Shown here piece by piece: positions 31,862 to 35,418 of a stretch of DNA of 35,418 nt. How positions within the stretch are numbered: position 1 is the first letter of the stretch; every line of letters begins with the position of its first letter. Origin of the DNA: Fonticula alba ATCC 38817 (Eukaryota > Protista > Nucleariida). Below the pieces are notes generated by a model. It had not been told where the DNA came from. It did no database searches and saw only the letters and a list, made by a program, of their open reading frames with translations. The position numbers were made by a program, and so were the translations under genes. Location of the stretch: the NCBI GenBank assembly GCA_000388065.2, contig KB932202.1, one strand, 5' to 3'.

Positions 31862-32546
31862 AGGGCCGTGATCGAACAGGCTGGAGCAGTGGGTTCTCCG
31901 GGTGCGGGCGCGGGGGGAGGGGCAAGGAGGGGCGGGGGGAGGGGCAAGGACGGGCGGGGGGAGAGGGGCGGGAGGCGAGGCGGGAAGAGGGGAAATACGC
32001 CAGGTGGAGGGAGACGCGAGCACGGGAGGGTGTGCCTGACGTCCCCTGTGACCAAGCAGGACAGGGGCAGAAAGCCGATCTGTCCCCCCCCCCCACCTCG
32101 GCCCTTCGGGGAGGGGGGAGATCGTGGGATGGGTGTGTTTGCGCACACGCGCGACCACCCCACGGAGAGATGCATGAAGGCAGAGGTAGGCGCCCCGCGA
32201 GGGACAAGCAGATCGCAGCATGGTGGGATGACAACGCACGGGGCGTGATTTGACGGCCATCGGGCTGCGCTGATTTCATGTGCACGGGATGTGTCATCGG
32301 GGTCGGAACTCTGGCGAGGGCGCCCGATCGCGCCGGGTCTGGCGAGCATACCGAAGGGGGGGGCGGTCTTCCAGCCATGTTGTGCGCACATAGCCAGCCT
32401 GTCTCGTGCACATACCTCTGGGCGCAAGGAACGGGTTTGTAAGCCAATCGAACCCACACATAGGCCCCAAATCCGGACTGGTGTGTCCTCAGAGGGCGGG
32501 CCCACCAACATTCGGGGAGTAGGCAGCGGCCCCTGTCCCGCGCAGC

Positions 32547-32668
<122 letters not shown>

Positions 32669-33006
32669 TGATCCTCTGGTGACTCGGTGCCTTCAGCAAT
32701 CGTCCCCCCTCGGATCTCATAGACAGAAGGAAGCAGCGACGGTGGGGGGCGGAACGTGGGGGCACACCACGGGCCGTCGTGCATACGAAGGGGGGAAAGG
32801 CCGGAACTGGCCATGCTCCGTACCACCAAACATGCTGATGGAGTAAGCTGTGCCACAGGGGAGCCCGCCGGGCACTGCACGCATATATTCCCCCCTCCTC
32901 GGCCCGCCAGCCCTGTCCTGTCCTCCCACCAATCTCCGCCCCAGCCCCCCCACCCTACTGAGGTCCCACTTTTCTGTCGCTCACTCCCTTGTGAAACGCG
33001 CTCGTT

Positions 33007-33009
<3 letters not shown>

Positions 33010-33070
<61 letters not shown>
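33010..33070. repeat. (CA)30 microsatellite
   Basis: Read directly. Confidence 0.92.
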
Positions 33071-33072
<2 letters not shown>

Positions 33073-34234
33073 GGAGGAGCCCCTGCGGTGGAGAGGGAGA
33101 GGAATGAGGCTGCCCACCCTGCCGCGTCTCTGCCTCGCCCCCTCTACTAGACACGCATCGACCGACCCACGCGAACCAGGGTCGCACATTCCCTGTGCAA
33201 AGAGTAGCCCCCCTCAGAAAAGTGGAAACCCAAACGCGAGACGGAGCCTTAGAGGCTGGCGCTTGGCCCCCCCCCCNNNNNNNNNNNNNNNNNNNNNNNN
33301 NNNNNNNNNNNNNNNNNNNNNNNNNNNNNNNCCCCCCCGGCCGCACAACCAACTGTGGCCGCCAGCAAAAAAACGAGAAAAGGGAGAAAAAGGGAGAATG
33401 CGTCGATTGGGCCTAAAAAATGTGACATAGTTTAAGGGAGGAGGGTGAGGGAGGGTGCTATGCACGCCCAGCATGCGAGGAGCATAGGCCGACGCAGGGG
33501 CGGCAAGCACCCACACACTCACCCACACACACGCATGAGCCACTCCGGCCCAGGGGGAGGAAACAAGAACGGAATGCCCGGCATTGCACGTTCTCGCAGG
33601 CTCATTTTTGAGGGGGGGGGGGAAGAAGGTCGAAAAGCGGAGAGGAGAGGGAGAGGGGGGGAGGGGGGAGGGGGGAAAGCAGCCTGGAGAGAATAATGCC
33701 ACCTGCAGGGGGGCACGTATCGGCCTTGACGCGTGTGTCCCCACACGTCCCGGAATCCCGAACGGCGGGAATGGGCCAGAGAGAAAGAAGGAGGAGGGGA
33801 GGCTGAAAGGCTCAGGTTTGTGGGACAGAGAAAACCACCAAGTTCCACCCTGGAGGGTCCTGGATCCTGTGTGCTGGCCGCCCGTGCCTCACACACACAC
33901 ACGCACACACGCGGAGTGGGATCGAAGGCCTTGCACGCGCAGCGTGAAAGGAGATCCGCCCAATGGACGTGGCGAGCGCGCGGTCGCTCCTCCCTGCAGG
34001 GAGAGAGAGAGTGGAGGAGAGGGGCGGGCGAGAGGAGAAAGGGATGCAGGTGTGGAAGGGGCATGACGACGACAACTGGCACATTCATTCCCGGCAGGGA
34101 AGATGGCCTCGCTCCTACTTGCTCGAGGCACATGTACACCGAGAGGGGAAGCAGGGAGAGGGGGAGCAGCACGCGTGGGTGTACGAGAGGAGGTAGGCAT
34201 ACACGACCGGCGACTTGCCCGCTCGTCGAGCCGC

Positions 34235-35138
34235 TTAGTAAGAGTCCTTGCGGGCCGAGACGGCGACGATGATGGTGAAGATGAGGCCGATGACCTGTGG
34301 GAGGAGGAGGGAGGGAGGAGAGCGAGAAAGGCCCAGAGTCAGCACGGTCAGCAGCAGGCGCGGGAGGGGGGAGGAGCATGCAACAGCGCAGCCACCAGGC
34401 GACATCTCCCGGGGGCAGAAGGGGGCGCCGGGGCCAGGGAGAAAAAGAAAGGGGGGAGGGACGAACCTGGAAGCCGACGAGGACGAAGCCGGCGATGTAG
34501 ACGTAGGTGCTGTAGGCAACGAAGGTGTCATACATCTGGTCACCGCAGCCGTTGTCGACCGGGCAGCCGGGCTCGTTGTGCTGGAAGCCGCAGCACTCGA
34601 ACTGCGCGAAGAGCGGGGCATCAGGGAGGCGGCAAGGGCAAGGGGGGCAAGTGGGATGTCAGGCAGGCGAAACACGTGCAGGGGGGAGGGGAGAAAGCCC
34701 ATTGGGGAAAGGGAAAGGGCCAGTGGAGGAGGCGGGGGAGGGGGGGGGGACACGCACGGTGTCCTGAATGTAGTCACGAGTCTCCTGGCTGGCCTTGTCC
34801 CAACCGTACTCCTCGAGCCACTCCATGGACTGGTCGGAGAAGAAGTAGGCAACAACAGCGACAGCGATCTGGGCGAGGAGGACAAGCAGGCAGAGGGTGA
34901 AGTAGAACCAGAGGAGGCCGGCCTTCTTGCGAGAAGCGCCGATGAGACCAACGAGAGACATGAGGAAGACCAGGGAGCCGGTGACAATGATACCGATGCA
35001 GATGGAAGAGGGGATACCCAGGCGGTTGGACTCAACCAGGGTGTAGATACCTCCTCCCAGGACACCGAGACCGGCGACGAGGAAGAAGATGTTGATCAGG
35101 ATCAGCATGGCCCTGGAGAAGCGGCTGCAGCACGACAT
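34235..35138 (-). CDS. Tetraspanin, 191 aa, 3 exons
   Basis: Exons 35138-34758, 34601-34467, 34294-34235 = 576 nt. Four TM helices, N-terminal MSCC, and a large extracellular loop with the CCG motif and 4 Cys (FECCGFQHNEPGCPVDNGC). Confidence 0.92.
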
Positions 35139-35418
35139 GGTGGCGGGTGGGGGAGGGGATCTGCGCGGGGGTGATCAACGGTGTTAGGGGGATAAGATGG
35201 GCATGAGAGGGGCAGAGAGAGAGAGAGAGGGGGGGGGCGGCGCGGGGGACATACGTGTATCAGTCAACCAAAAAGAGAGAGGGATACAAAAACCGGGTGA
35301 TCCGGAGCTGGGCTCTGGGAAGCCCAGTGGGGGCTTTTCAATGGCAGCGCCCCGGAGAGGGGCCCTTGCCGGGCTCATGTGTGCGTGTGCCACGGACCCA
35401 GCCCTGACTCTTCCCCCC

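Overview
GC-rich, intron-containing eukaryotic DNA from a gapped draft assembly, with many poly-C/G runs and (CA)/(GA) microsatellites. The style and gene set (Ted1-type phosphoesterase, mitochondrial RNB nuclease, GTRCGY donors) suggest a unicellular opisthokont such as Fonticula alba; this is inference and was not verified. Nine protein-coding genes can be reconstructed by hand with frame-consistent GT-AG splicing: a 5'-partial multipass membrane protein, an 878-aa orphan with LRR-like motifs, a long low-complexity orphan, a FAM192A/NIP30-like protein, a Ted1-like metallophosphoesterase, a Dss1-like RNB exoribonuclease, an intronless secreted His-rich protein with an Asp-Pro (DPH) motif, PUS1 and a tetraspanin. 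No tRNA, rRNA, CRISPR array or transposase is supported. The most interesting locus is the secreted His/KT/Cys-rich protein (26752-28158), with its TATA promoter and a leader packed with 8 TAG triplets. The identical 411-bp repeats flanking it look like a mobile cassette, but internal evidence points to misassembly.
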